Shown here piece after piece: positions 15,604 through 25,178 of a stretch of 25,653 nucleotides of DNA; the stretch's first letter is position 1; every line of letters starts with the position of its first letter. Below the pieces are notes generated by a model. The model was given only the letters and a program-made list of their open reading frames with translations, ran no database searches and was not told the DNA's origin. Source of the DNA: a virus (Duplodnaviria > Caudoviricetes); the IMG/VR virus record IMGVR_UViG_3300020335_000025, positions 1 through 25,653 of that record. One strand, 5' to 3'. The translations under genes were made by a program, and so were the position numbers.

Positions 15604-15674
15604 TGAAATGGAAGTTAAGATGGGTAACAATAGAAATAGGGTGGAAGAAATTTAAAATAACAATACATCTATGA
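15603..15674 (+). CDS. 23-aa Trp/Lys-rich peptide (MKWKLRWVTIEIGWKKFKITIHL)
   Basis: Coupled at both ends (TAATG and ATGA); exactly fills the gap. Confidence 0.5.
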   Translation: MKWKLRWVTIEIGWKKFKITIHL

Positions 15675-16018
15675 AGTACGAAGACATATTAGAAAAACTA
15701 GAAGCTATAAGTATAGAATTAGAAACTTATAATGATTACCCACAAGGTGCTACTAACAATGCTAAGAGAGCTAGAAAATGGAAAGAAGAAAATGGTAGTG
15801 ATTGTGGTACTCGTGTAGGCTGGACTCGTTCTTCTCAGTTAGCTAATAAAGAAAATATTAGCCGAGATACAATAGCAAGAATGGCATCATTTAAAAGACA
15901 TCAGCAACATAAAGACGTACCATATTCAGAAGGTTGTGGTGGTTTAATGTGGGATGCTTGGGGTGGTTCATCAGGTGTAAATTGGGCAATAAATAAATTA
16001 AAACAAATAGACAAATAA
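15671..16018 (+). CDS. Phage domain of unknown function (DYP...NAKRA...CGT.VG..R..QLA...WDAWGG..G..WA)
   Basis: Motif I recognise from phage head-associated proteins, where it is often fused to portal or protease; stand-alone here. Confidence 0.6.
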   Translation: MKYEDILEKLEAISIELETYNDYPQGATNNAKRARKWKEENGSDCGTRVGWTRSSQLANKENISRDTIARMASFKRHQQHKDVPYSEGCGGLMWDAWGGSSGVNWAINKLKQIDK

Positions 16019-16022
16019 AATT

Positions 16023-16472
16023 ATGGCAGACTTAGTAACAACAATCAGTGAGACAGTCACTTTAAATGGAAGCCTTAGAGGCTCTGTTAACTCAGTAACA
16101 ACAACAGGTATCAATGATGTATTTGAAAGGATAGTAACTTGTACAGCTAGTGTAGTAACTACTATAGGAGTATTTGCAGCTTTACCTTCTACTTCGCCTG
16201 GTGCTATTGATGTAGACAGAACAAAATACGTTAGGGTAACTAACTTAGAAACAGCTGTAACAATAGAGCTTGCAGTAGTTACTACAGCTTCTAACTATCA
16301 AGTTACAATAAGACCTGGAGGTTCTCACGTTTTATATTCAGGAGATGTGGTTGCTTTAGGTGAAGCAGATACTAGTCCAAGTTTCGGAACTATGGAAAAT
16401 CTTGCTTCATTACAAGTACAACCAACAACGGCTGTTACAGCTAGAGTTGAATTGTTTGTAGGCTTAGAATAG
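16023..16472 (+). CDS. Putative virion structural protein (beta-rich)
   Basis: T/V/S-rich 149 aa within the structural module. Confidence 0.55.
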   Translation: MADLVTTISETVTLNGSLRGSVNSVTTTGINDVFERIVTCTASVVTTIGVFAALPSTSPGAIDVDRTKYVRVTNLETAVTIELAVVTTASNYQVTIRPGGSHVLYSGDVVALGEADTSPSFGTMENLASLQVQPTTAVTARVELFVGLE

Positions 16473-17020
16473 TGGATACTGACAATATAGAAAGGTACTT
16501 AGAAAGCTTTGGTAAGCAGGTAGTCAATCGTTCTAAAGGTAACTTACAAAGAGCAGGTAAAGGAGGTAAACTTGAGAACTCAATTAAATTTGATATAATT
16601 ACAACTCCTGATGGATTTACTGTACAATTCTATATGTCTAACTATGGTCAATTTGTAGATAAAGGAGTATCAGGTACTAAAGTTAAAAGAAGCTTTAAAG
16701 ACTACAAAGGTAAAACTATTAAGAGTCCATTTGCTTATAAAAATTCTAAAGGACATTCACAACCTCCTAGTAGTGCTTTAGATAAATGGGTAGTAAAAAA
16801 AGGAATAGCTCCAAGAGATGCAAGTGGAAAGTTTATGAAGCGTAAGTCTATCACATTCTTAATTGCAAGGAGTATAGGTAAAAAAGGAATACAAGGTATA
16901 AGCTTCTTTCAAAAGCCTTTAGGACTTGGCTTAAAAGAGTTCGGTAAAGACCTACTCGGAAGCGTAAAAGAAGATATTTTAAATACTTTAAATAAAGAAA
17001 CAATAACACAAGCAAACTAA
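16472..17020 (+). CDS. Putative neck/tail-completion protein (HK97 gp10-like)
   Basis: G.L..SI, YG.FVD.GV.G, PP......W, FLIARSI..KGI....FF..P; basic; GTG start. Confidence 0.6.
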   Translation: MDTDNIERYLESFGKQVVNRSKGNLQRAGKGGKLENSIKFDIITTPDGFTVQFYMSNYGQFVDKGVSGTKVKRSFKDYKGKTIKSPFAYKNSKGHSQPPSSALDKWVVKKGIAPRDASGKFMKRKSITFLIARSIGKKGIQGISFFQKPLGLGLKEFGKDLLGSVKEDILNTLNKETITQAN

Positions 17021-18468
17021 TGAGTCAAACAATAATAGAACAGCATCCTTTATACGATACGCTTCCTGTAGGGCAAGATGTAATTTTTACAGTATCAAAT
17101 ACTTCAATAGTTTCTGTATATACAAATGTAAAGTTTATAGCTGAAGTTCATATAAGCTCAAACAATCCTCCGAATCCAAATACTTCAACATCTAAAGTTG
17201 GAACTTTCAAGACTAATCCAAATAATGCAGGAGTTGGAATGTTTGATTTTAGACCTATTATTGAAAACTTTGTTAAGGCAGATAATTTAGCAAGAGAATT
17301 TAGTGCTTATAAATTAACAACGAACACAGCAGATACTAATGTACCTATTCACTTAATTGATAAATATTCAAGGAATACAAATGTATTGCGTTACTTGTTT
17401 ATTAGATTTAAAATACAATACTTAGATAATGACGTAAGTAGTCCTACATTTGGTGATGTAATAATTACAGATATTAAGGACTCTGATTTATACAATATTT
17501 TTAATGGCTACTTGAAATATACAGATATACTAGATTTAGCAAATACTCCATTTAGTCAAAATACAGGTAATAATTTTGGTTACCCTATTACACAAAAATT
17601 TACATTAGATTTTGATTCAGGACAATTTCTTACTAATGCTCCATTTATACAGTATGCTAACATAAATGACTATGGTACTTTTTCATTTTTAACAATTTCA
17701 AGCAGACCTACAAAGATTAAATTAACTTATTATAAATCTAATGGAGCATCAATAGCTCAAGAAGATGTAGATTTTACATTTGCTAATGGAGGTCATAATA
17801 ATTTAAGTGCAGGAGTAAGTAAAAGATTATTCTATTTTGGTTGCTTTCCTGCTAATTTAAGAAATTGGAGTACATTATTTAATTCTTTAGTTACATTAGG
17901 AACTATAGATGGAGGGTATTATACTATAGAACCTATATTCCAATCATCAACTAATTTTGGACAAATATATACTATTAATTTAAATTGTGCTACACTAAAA
18001 GGTTACGAGCCTATTAGACTCTGTTGGTTAAATCAATGGGGGGTTTGGGATTACTACACGTTTACTATGAAGTCAAGTAAAATGATTTCAACAAAAGGCA
18101 GTACATACGAGCAGCTAGAAGGTTCTTGGAATGATAAAACTTACAGAATTGATAGTTTTAGAGGAGGTAAAAAAGCCTTTAGAGTAAACGCTACAGAAAA
18201 GATAACTATGAATACTGATTTTGTAAATGAAACAGAATCAGAATGGTTTGAAGAACTAATAAATAGCCCTGAAGTATATATATTAGAAGGATTCCAAAGT
18301 GATTTAAACCAAGTTCAAGGTCTTTTAATACCTGCTATGAATCAATATGTAACACCTGTTAGACTTACAACTTCTAGCTATACTAAAAAGACTGTTGCAA
18401 ATGATAAACTAATGCAGTACACTTTCGAAGTAGAAAAAAGTAAAACACTTAGAACTCAATCAATATAA
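17020..18468 (+). CDS. Tail/baseplate structural protein (distal-tail-like C-terminus)
   Basis: C-terminal WLNQWGVWDYYTF...NTDFV.E......EL..SP.VY...YTFEVE pattern of Bacteroidota phage tail proteins. Confidence 0.6.
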   Translation: MSQTIIEQHPLYDTLPVGQDVIFTVSNTSIVSVYTNVKFIAEVHISSNNPPNPNTSTSKVGTFKTNPNNAGVGMFDFRPIIENFVKADNLAREFSAYKLTTNTADTNVPIHLIDKYSRNTNVLRYLFIRFKIQYLDNDVSSPTFGDVIITDIKDSDLYNIFNGYLKYTDILDLANTPFSQNTGNNFGYPITQKFTLDFDSGQFLTNAPFIQYANINDYGTFSFLTISSRPTKIKLTYYKSNGASIAQEDVDFTFANGGHNNLSAGVSKRLFYFGCFPANLRNWSTLFNSLVTLGTIDGGYYTIEPIFQSSTNFGQIYTINLNCATLKGYEPIRLCWLNQWGVWDYYTFTMKSSKMISTKGSTYEQLEGSWNDKTYRIDSFRGGKKAFRVNATEKITMNTDFVNETESEWFEELINSPEVYILEGFQSDLNQVQGLLIPAMNQYVTPVRLTTSSYTKKTVANDKLMQYTFEVEKSKTLRTQSI

Positions 18469-21182
18469 TGAGCGTACAACTTATAGTATATCCACAAAAC
18501 TACGAAGGCCTAACTAATTCTACTAATATTTCTAATGCTGTTTTAGTTGATGGAATTAATTTTAATACAGTCAATGCTTCAACAAGTTTTTTTGTAGGAC
18601 AGCCTAATGGAGTACAAGAAGCAATAAATTTCTACAATCCTACTCTACCTGTTAATACTTGGAAAAGGTACAAGGTAGGAAGTTCAGGAACTTCAGAATT
18701 TAATGGTACTTTAACTATTTCTGTAACTACTTCTACAAATCAACAAGGAATTTTACAGAAGCTATCTAACCTTACAGTAGGAGCTGTTTATAATGTTGAA
18801 ATATTTTGTGATAGATTAGTGAATGGAAATTTATTTAATTTGTCAATATTTTCAGGAACTGTTTTACAAAGTATTCAACCATTCCCAACATCAGCAATTA
18901 ATACTACTATTTCTTTTCAATTTACTGCTAATTCTACGGAAGATACTATAGTAATAGGAGGAAGCACATCAGAATGTTTACTTATTGCTTTTGATATAAG
19001 CATTTCTACTGCACCAACACAACCTTCAGGAGCAATACAGATTTTAGGAGATGGACAAGTTATTTTAGATTTATATGAAGATGAAGACTTGCCATTAACT
19101 TTGAGTGTAGACGATTTTAAAAATGTAGCAGAAAAAGTACAATCATATTCTAAGGCTTTTAATCTTCCTGCCACAAAAAGAAACAATAAAATTTTTGACC
19201 ACATCTTTGAAGTAACAAGAGAAGTAGAAGTTGGTAGCCTTTTATTTAATCCTTATAAAGAAACAAAGTGCGTATTAAAACAAGATGGCTTTATTTTATT
19301 TGAGGGTTATTTAAGAATGATAGATATTACAGATAAGGAAGGAGAAATTAGCTATGATGTAAATCTTTATTCTGAAGTAATAGCTTTAGCTGATATCTTA
19401 CAAGAAAGAACTTTTAAAGATTTAGGATTTGAAGAACTGACTCACGATTACAATAAGACTAATATAAAAAGAAGTTGGAATGATACAGGAAATAGTATTG
19501 CATATACAAATCCAAGTACATCAGGTTTTAGAGATGCTTATACAACTTTACGTTACCCTTTTGTAGATTGGAATCATCAATTTTTACAAGCACAAACAGG
19601 AGGAAATCCAATAGCAGGAAATCCTGAATTAAGTTTTTTAGAAACAGCTTTTCGTCCTTTTATAAATATAAAATACATAATAGATAGAATATTTGAAGCA
19701 ACAGACTTTACTTATGAATCATCTTTCTTTAATGAAGCGGATTTTAAGAAGTTGTATATGGACTTTAATTGGGGTTCAAATAAATTTGGAACTGAAGTAA
19801 CAGGAGGTACTTATGCAGAAGGTAATAGCAGTCCAGATGTATTTTCAGATACCTCTTTTACAGCACTTCCACTAGATAATATTACTTTTGATGTTGCGAT
19901 GGGATGGGACTCTGTAAATTATAGGTTTATCGCAACTGCTAACAATCAAGCTTATGTTCTTGAAGTCCCTGCATTTTTTGGAGTGATTTTACTTAGTGGA
20001 CAAATTTTAAGTAGAAGATGGGCGCATTATAATTCTTCTAATGTACTTATAAACACCTTTAATGTTGTTGATGAACCTTTCGGTACAGGATTTTTTGGAC
20101 CATTAACTTCTCCATCAACAACTATGATACTAAATGCAGGAGATTATTTGCAATACGAATGGAAAACAACTAGTGCATTAGGAGCTTTACTATCTAGTAA
20201 TGCAGGAAGTGGACTTTTAGTTATAATAGGTACTACAGGTGATTTAAAAATGACTACAAATACTTTGCTGCAAACTTTAAGAGGTGAATTAGGACAATGG
20301 GATTTTTTAAAAGGATTAATTACTATGTTTAACTTAGTAACTTTACCTGATGAAGACAATCCTAATAATATAAAGATAGAAACTTATGCAGATGTATTTA
20401 TTACTCCTGCAACAACTACACCTCCATTAAATTGGACTGAAAAGATAGATGTATCACAAATGAAACTAACACCTTTGACCGACTTAAATAGAAAGACAAT
20501 GTTTAAGTTTGTAGAAGATGATGATGATTCAGCTTTTATGCAATATAAAAATCAAGTAGGTGGTCATTTGTACGGAAGTAAGTTATTTACTGTTTCCAAT
20601 GAATTTAACATATTAGATGGAGAAGAAGAAATAATAGCAGAACCTTTTGCAGCAACTGTTGTCAAACCTTTAATGGATATTTTCCCGCAATTTATTACTC
20701 CTGCGATTTATGCTATGAATGATGATGGCATTACAGAAGGCTTTGAAAATAGTCCTAGAATTATGTATAACAATGGGATAAAACCAACAGGAGCTTCTTA
20801 TTCTATACCTGAACAGAATGGAGTTGTAGGTAGTGCAGCAGAAACTAATTTTCTTCAGTTTAGTCATTTGTCAGAAATACCTACTTCAAATGCTACTCCT
20901 TCATCTACTTTAGATTTTCATTTTGGTATATGTCAATTATTTCCTGGAGTTGGAGACCCTACAACTGAAAATTTATTTAACTTATATTGGCTTCCATATT
21001 TATCAGAGCTTTACAATCCAAATACTAGGACTATGACTATTAAAGTAAATCTTAGTCCTGCTGACATTAATAAATTTAGGTTTAATGATAAAATATTTCT
21101 CAAGAACAGATTTTTTAGAGTAAACAAAATTGACTACAAGCCTAACGACTTAGCAACAGTAGAATTTATACTTATACCATAA
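18468..21182 (+). CDS. Large tail protein (baseplate hub/Tal-like) with inserted variable domains
   Basis: LDLYEDE...LT.SV.D...SYSK.F.LPAT..NN.IF; DF.KG...MFNL; ends F..NKIDY.P....TVE.I. Confidence 0.65.
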   Translation: MSVQLIVYPQNYEGLTNSTNISNAVLVDGINFNTVNASTSFFVGQPNGVQEAINFYNPTLPVNTWKRYKVGSSGTSEFNGTLTISVTTSTNQQGILQKLSNLTVGAVYNVEIFCDRLVNGNLFNLSIFSGTVLQSIQPFPTSAINTTISFQFTANSTEDTIVIGGSTSECLLIAFDISISTAPTQPSGAIQILGDGQVILDLYEDEDLPLTLSVDDFKNVAEKVQSYSKAFNLPATKRNNKIFDHIFEVTREVEVGSLLFNPYKETKCVLKQDGFILFEGYLRMIDITDKEGEISYDVNLYSEVIALADILQERTFKDLGFEELTHDYNKTNIKRSWNDTGNSIAYTNPSTSGFRDAYTTLRYPFVDWNHQFLQAQTGGNPIAGNPELSFLETAFRPFINIKYIIDRIFEATDFTYESSFFNEADFKKLYMDFNWGSNKFGTEVTGGTYAEGNSSPDVFSDTSFTALPLDNITFDVAMGWDSVNYRFIATANNQAYVLEVPAFFGVILLSGQILSRRWAHYNSSNVLINTFNVVDEPFGTGFFGPLTSPSTTMILNAGDYLQYEWKTTSALGALLSSNAGSGLLVIIGTTGDLKMTTNTLLQTLRGELGQWDFLKGLITMFNLVTLPDEDNPNNIKIETYADVFITPATTTPPLNWTEKIDVSQMKLTPLTDLNRKTMFKFVEDDDDSAFMQYKNQVGGHLYGSKLFTVSNEFNILDGEEEIIAEPFAATVVKPLMDIFPQFITPAIYAMNDDGITEGFENSPRIMYNNGIKPTGASYSIPEQNGVVGSAAETNFLQFSHLSEIPTSNATPSSTLDFHFGICQLFPGVGDPTTENLFNLYWLPYLSELYNPNTRTMTIKVNLSPADINKFRFNDKIFLKNRFFRVNKIDYKPNDLATVEFILIP

Positions 21183-22036
21183 TGACTAAAGTAAGAACAA
21201 CGCCATTTTTAACAGGCTATACAGTAAAGCCTTCATCTATTTCAGGGCTTGGAGAAGTAACATTTACAGATGGAACTAATCAAGTAACACCAAATCAATT
21301 ACAGTGTGAAGCTTATGGTTACACTTATAATAGAGTTACAGGTACTTGTTCTACTTTTCGTTATAATACAAATCTAAATAGAGCCTTTGCTAACGAGAAC
21401 AATAAAACTTTTGGTTCTAATAACTTAACAGAAACAGGAACTAATAATACCTTAGTAATGGGCGAAAGTAATACTGTTAGAGGTTTTTCAAGAAATAGTA
21501 TTATAACAGGAAATCAAAATGCAATAGACAATGGAGTAAACAATGCCAACGTTACAGGTACTTTAGGAGAAGCTACAGCCGATAACTCAATAGTGTTGGG
21601 TGGTAACAATGGTTCTGATGCTATAGGCGAAAGACAGTCTATACAGTTGCTTTATGGTATTCAAACAACTGATGGTGTAAATACTGTTAGCTTTTTAAAC
21701 AATACAACAGATAGTCTATTCGCTATTCCTGACAATACAATTATGTACTTTCACGCAGACGTTGTAGCTGTTAGGGTTGGGGGTACAGCAGCAGGTAATG
21801 TTGGAGATTATGCAAGTTTTGTAGAAAGAGGTGTTATTATAAACGAATCAGGAACTGTAACTATTAATAGAGAAAGAGATTCAATCAAAAGTAATGGAAC
21901 AGTTACAGGTTGGCAACCAACAGGAATAGTAAGTGGCACTAGCTTAGCTATGAGGGTAAAAGGTGCAACAGATATGACAGTAGAATGGTGTAGTAATATT
22001 ACATTCACACAAATTAAAACAGGAGTAACTTTATAA
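21182..22036 (+). CDS. Tail fibre/minor tail protein
   Basis: CEAYGY.Y....C, G/N-rich beta-roll-like repeats (G..N), beta-sandwich C-terminus (VKGA....VEW). Confidence 0.55.
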   Translation: MTKVRTTPFLTGYTVKPSSISGLGEVTFTDGTNQVTPNQLQCEAYGYTYNRVTGTCSTFRYNTNLNRAFANENNKTFGSNNLTETGTNNTLVMGESNTVRGFSRNSIITGNQNAIDNGVNNANVTGTLGEATADNSIVLGGNNGSDAIGERQSIQLLYGIQTTDGVNTVSFLNNTTDSLFAIPDNTIMYFHADVVAVRVGGTAAGNVGDYASFVERGVIINESGTVTINRERDSIKSNGTVTGWQPTGIVSGTSLAMRVKGATDMTVEWCSNITFTQIKTGVTL

Positions 22037-22045
22037 AATATAATT

Positions 22046-23686
22046 ATGGCGACAGAAGAAATAAATTTAAAAGTAAATTCAGATATTGGAGAAGTAACAA
22101 AGGACACTAAAAAATTAACAACAGAGTCAAAGAAAGCAGAAAAGGGTGTTAGTGGTATTGGTACAGCTTTTAAAGGCATAGGAACAGCTATTAAGGCAGC
22201 AGGAATAGGTCTTGTTGTTGGTCTTTTAGCTAAATTAATGGAAGTATTCAGTAAAAATCAAACAGTATTAGATAATTTTAATACAGCGATGACTGCTTTA
22301 GAAATAGCATTTAATGACTTGTTTACTTTCTTAAGTAATAATATTGGAACTATTACTGATTTCTTTAAAGATATATTTGAAAATCCTAAACAAAGTCTAA
22401 TTGATTTTGGCGACGCTATAAAAGAAAATCTTATAGAAAGGTTTATGAGTTTGTTAGATGTCTTTGGTTTTTTAGGTAAAGCTCTAAAAGAATTAATGGA
22501 TGGAGAATTGGGTAAAGCTTTAAGTACAGTTAAACAAGCAGGGGTTGAGATGGCTGATGTTTTTACAGGAGTTGATGGTACTGTAGGAAAAGTAAAGGAA
22601 ACATTAGAAGAAACAACAACTGCTATTATTAAATATACAAAGTCTACAATAGACCAAGCAGCAGCTACTACAGCAGCAGCAAAAGCAGCAATATTTGCAG
22701 ACGCAGAATTTCAAAAACTAAACGCTCAATTTTTAAAAGATGCAGAACTACAAAGACAAATACGAGATGATGAAACAAAGACTTTTGCAAAAAGAATTGA
22801 AGCTAATAATAAATTAAAAGAAATATTAGAAGAACAAGAAAAACTACAAAGAAAGCAAGTGGAAATAGCTATAAACGCTGCTAAAGCTGCACTTAAAATA
22901 AATCCTGATAATGATGAAAATAAGTTAGCTTTAATGGTAGCTCAAAATGCTGAACTTGAATTAGAAGAAACTATTACAGGACAGTTATCAGAACAAAAAA
23001 CAAATGCTGTATCTTTAGAAAGAGAATTACTACAAGTTCAAAAAGAAGTAAGAGCAGAAGGTCTATCAGGATTAGAAAGGGAACTACAAGACTTACAAGA
23101 TTCTTATGACTTAAAGCTAGAAATGGCTAGAAAGTCAGGTCTAGACACTACTGCTATTACTAAGAAATTTGAAAAAGAACAATCAGACATTAAACAGAAG
23201 GCAGCAGATAAAGAAAAAGCTTTAGATAAATTAGTTAAAGACGGAAAGGTAGCTATGGCACAAGATGGTTTGAGTTTAATTACATCAATCGCAGGTGAAT
23301 CAAGTGCTATAGGAAAAGCAGCAGCTATTGCTCAAACTACAATCTCAGGAATACAGAGTGTTCAAGAAGCTTTTAAATCTGGTGTAGCTAATCTTCCTAT
23401 GATGGCTGCTACCGGAGGAGCTTATGGTTTTATACAAGCAGGACTAGCAGGAGCATTTTCAGCAGTACAATTGGCTAAAATAGGTGCAGTAGGTGGTGGA
23501 GGAGGAGGAGGAGGTGGAGGAGGTTCAGTTGCAGCACCTCAAACACCTGCACCACAAATGATGTCGGGAGCTTTTGAACTATCAGGAGGAGTAGCACCTG
23601 AACCTGTACAAGCCTTTGTAGTTACAGACGAAATGACAAACAGTCAAAATCAATTAGCAAATATTAGAAGAAGAGCAACAATCTAA
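22046..23686 (+). CDS. Tape measure protein (546 aa)
   Basis: GIG.AIKAAGIGL hydrophobic segment, long coiled coil, Ala/Gly-rich C-terminus, AFVV..E.T..Q ending. Confidence 0.75.
   Translation: MATEEINLKVNSDIGEVTKDTKKLTTESKKAEKGVSGIGTAFKGIGTAIKAAGIGLVVGLLAKLMEVFSKNQTVLDNFNTAMTALEIAFNDLFTFLSNNIGTITDFFKDIFENPKQSLIDFGDAIKENLIERFMSLLDVFGFLGKALKELMDGELGKALSTVKQAGVEMADVFTGVDGTVGKVKETLEETTTAIIKYTKSTIDQAAATTAAAKAAIFADAEFQKLNAQFLKDAELQRQIRDDETKTFAKRIEANNKLKEILEEQEKLQRKQVEIAINAAKAALKINPDNDENKLALMVAQNAELELEETITGQLSEQKTNAVSLERELLQVQKEVRAEGLSGLERELQDLQDSYDLKLEMARKSGLDTTAITKKFEKEQSDIKQKAADKEKALDKLVKDGKVAMAQDGLSLITSIAGESSAIGKAAAIAQTTISGIQSVQEAFKSGVANLPMMAATGGAYGFIQAGLAGAFSAVQLAKIGAVGGGGGGGGGGGSVAAPQTPAPQMMSGAFELSGGVAPEPVQAFVVTDEMTNSQNQLANIRRRATI
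23492..23524 (+). repeat. (GGW)11 trinucleotide run encoding Gly11 in the tape measure protein
   Basis: ggtggtggaggaggaggaggaggtggaggaggt, read directly. Confidence 0.85.
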
Positions 23687-23689
23687 AAT

Positions 23690-23719
23690 CAAATAAACTA
23701 AATAAAAATCTATTATATA
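23690..23719 (+). promoter_or_regulatory. Putative late promoter 3 (CAAAT-N14-TCTATTATATA), 2 nt before ATG 23722
   Basis: Motif copy in the gap between tape measure and protease. Confidence 0.7.
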
Positions 23720-23721
23720 CT

Positions 23722-24435
23722 ATGCCTTGCGAAAAATGTAAAAACGGAAAAACGAAATGGGGAAAGACAGGAAGCTGTACTTATGACTCAGTTGCTGAAT
23801 GTGAAGAAGCTAATAAAGACTATTATGAAGATATGAAAGAAACTAAAATAGTAGAATTAGTAATTGCAGACAATGAGGAGTTGGCAATTGACGCTATATC
23901 GCTCGTTACCTCACCTGCAATAGAACAAGACTTTGTATTTTTCGGAAAAGAAAAGAACAACTTGACATTTGCTAAAGTAGATGAAGAAAAGCGTATGCTA
24001 ATTAGTCCTGCTTTAATTCCTAACAAGCAAATATTTAGACACGACCCTAACACAGACTCAGATTACTATGTTTACTTTTCTAAAGAAACAGTCCGTAAAG
24101 CTTCTGAATTATATTTAAAGCATAACAACCACCACAAAGCTACTTACCAACATCAAGACAGAGTTTCAGGCGTTTTAACAGTTGAATCCTGGATTAAAGA
24201 AGGAGATAGTGATAAGTCTAAATTATACGGCTACGACTTACCTAATGGTACTTGGTTCGTTAAAATGAAGATTGAGAATGATGACCTTTGGAATAAGATA
24301 AAAGAAGGAGAACTAAAAGGATTAAGTATTGAAGGCTACTTTACAGATAGAATGGAAGCTATGTCAGAAAAGCAACCAACTAATGAAGAAATACTAAAAG
24401 CACTAAACGAAATAATCACAAAATCAAACAAGTAA
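23722..24435 (+). CDS. XkdF-like prohead serine protease with Cys-rich N-terminal extension
   Basis: AISLV..PAIE..F, DEEKRM...PALIPNK.I.R, ESW, GTWFV.MKI....W..IK.GELKG.SIEG.F. Confidence 0.8.
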   Translation: MPCEKCKNGKTKWGKTGSCTYDSVAECEEANKDYYEDMKETKIVELVIADNEELAIDAISLVTSPAIEQDFVFFGKEKNNLTFAKVDEEKRMLISPALIPNKQIFRHDPNTDSDYYVYFSKETVRKASELYLKHNNHHKATYQHQDRVSGVLTVESWIKEGDSDKSKLYGYDLPNGTWFVKMKIENDDLWNKIKEGELKGLSIEGYFTDRMEAMSEKQPTNEEILKALNEIITKSNK

Positions 24436-24454
24436 CTAATCTTTCTATTATATA
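24425..24454 (+). promoter_or_regulatory. Putative late promoter 4 (CAAAC-N14-TCTATTATATA) upstream of scaffold and capsid
   Basis: Motif copy 19 nt before ATG 24474. Confidence 0.7.
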
Positions 24455-24473
24455 TAGAACTTAAAAGAAAACT

Positions 24474-25151
24474 ATGGATATTAAAGAACAAATTTTGGTA
24501 GCACTTGGTCTTGACAAAGGCGAAGAAGTAGTAATGGCTTATCAAGCGAAGTCAGAAGACGGAACTATTTTCGTTTCAACTGCTGAAGAGTTAGAAGCAG
24601 GAGTAGATATTTCTGTGTTGACAGAAGATGGTACGACTATCTTATTACCTGTTGGAACTTACAAGACTGATACAGGCGTAACTTTCAGAGTAGAAGAAGA
24701 AGGTATCGTTGCTGAAGTTATGGAAACTGAAACTGAAGAAGTAGTTGAAGAAGAATTAGCTGATGAAGATAAAGATTTAGCTGAGGTTGCAGACATTGAA
24801 GATTGGAGAGGATTAGAAAAGAGAATCCAAAACTTAGAAGATGCTGTAGCTGACCTTAAAAGAGATAAAGACGGAGGAGATGATGAAGTTGAAGAAATGG
24901 CTGAAGTAAATGAAGAGCCTTCTACTAATCCAAAATCTATTAAGACTACAGAAGTAGTTGAGTTCTCAGCAGAAGACGAATTAACAAAGTTAAAAGCTGA
25001 AAATGAAAAATTAAAGACTGAGTTAGCAGAAGCACCTGCATCAGCACCTTTAGATACAAATAAATTTAGTTCAGAAAGAGCAACTCCTACTGCACAAGAT
25101 TTTAGAAGAATGACAAGTAAGGAAAAATTCTTATATAACTTAAATAAATAA
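24474..25151 (+). CDS. Putative capsid scaffolding protein
   Basis: Very acidic with coiled-coil segments; lies between protease and capsid. Confidence 0.65.
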   Translation: MDIKEQILVALGLDKGEEVVMAYQAKSEDGTIFVSTAEELEAGVDISVLTEDGTTILLPVGTYKTDTGVTFRVEEEGIVAEVMETETEEVVEEELADEDKDLAEVADIEDWRGLEKRIQNLEDAVADLKRDKDGGDDEVEEMAEVNEEPSTNPKSIKTTEVVEFSAEDELTKLKAENEKLKTELAEAPASAPLDTNKFSSERATPTAQDFRRMTSKEKFLYNLNK

Positions 25152-25178
25152 TAAACAATAATTTAAAAAAACAAAACT

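Noticed and set aside
4579-24545. All minus-strand ORFs in the track (e.g. 4579-4830, 6564-6803, 11635-11865, 12572-12799, 13369-13599, 13606-13872, 14259-14561, 18917-19204, 20144-20359, 20670-20867, 21808-22179, 23823-24053, 24336-24545)
   Set aside because: They lie antisense to well-supported + strand genes, carry no recognisable motifs and have the S/F/L/I-rich composition of shadow ORFs.
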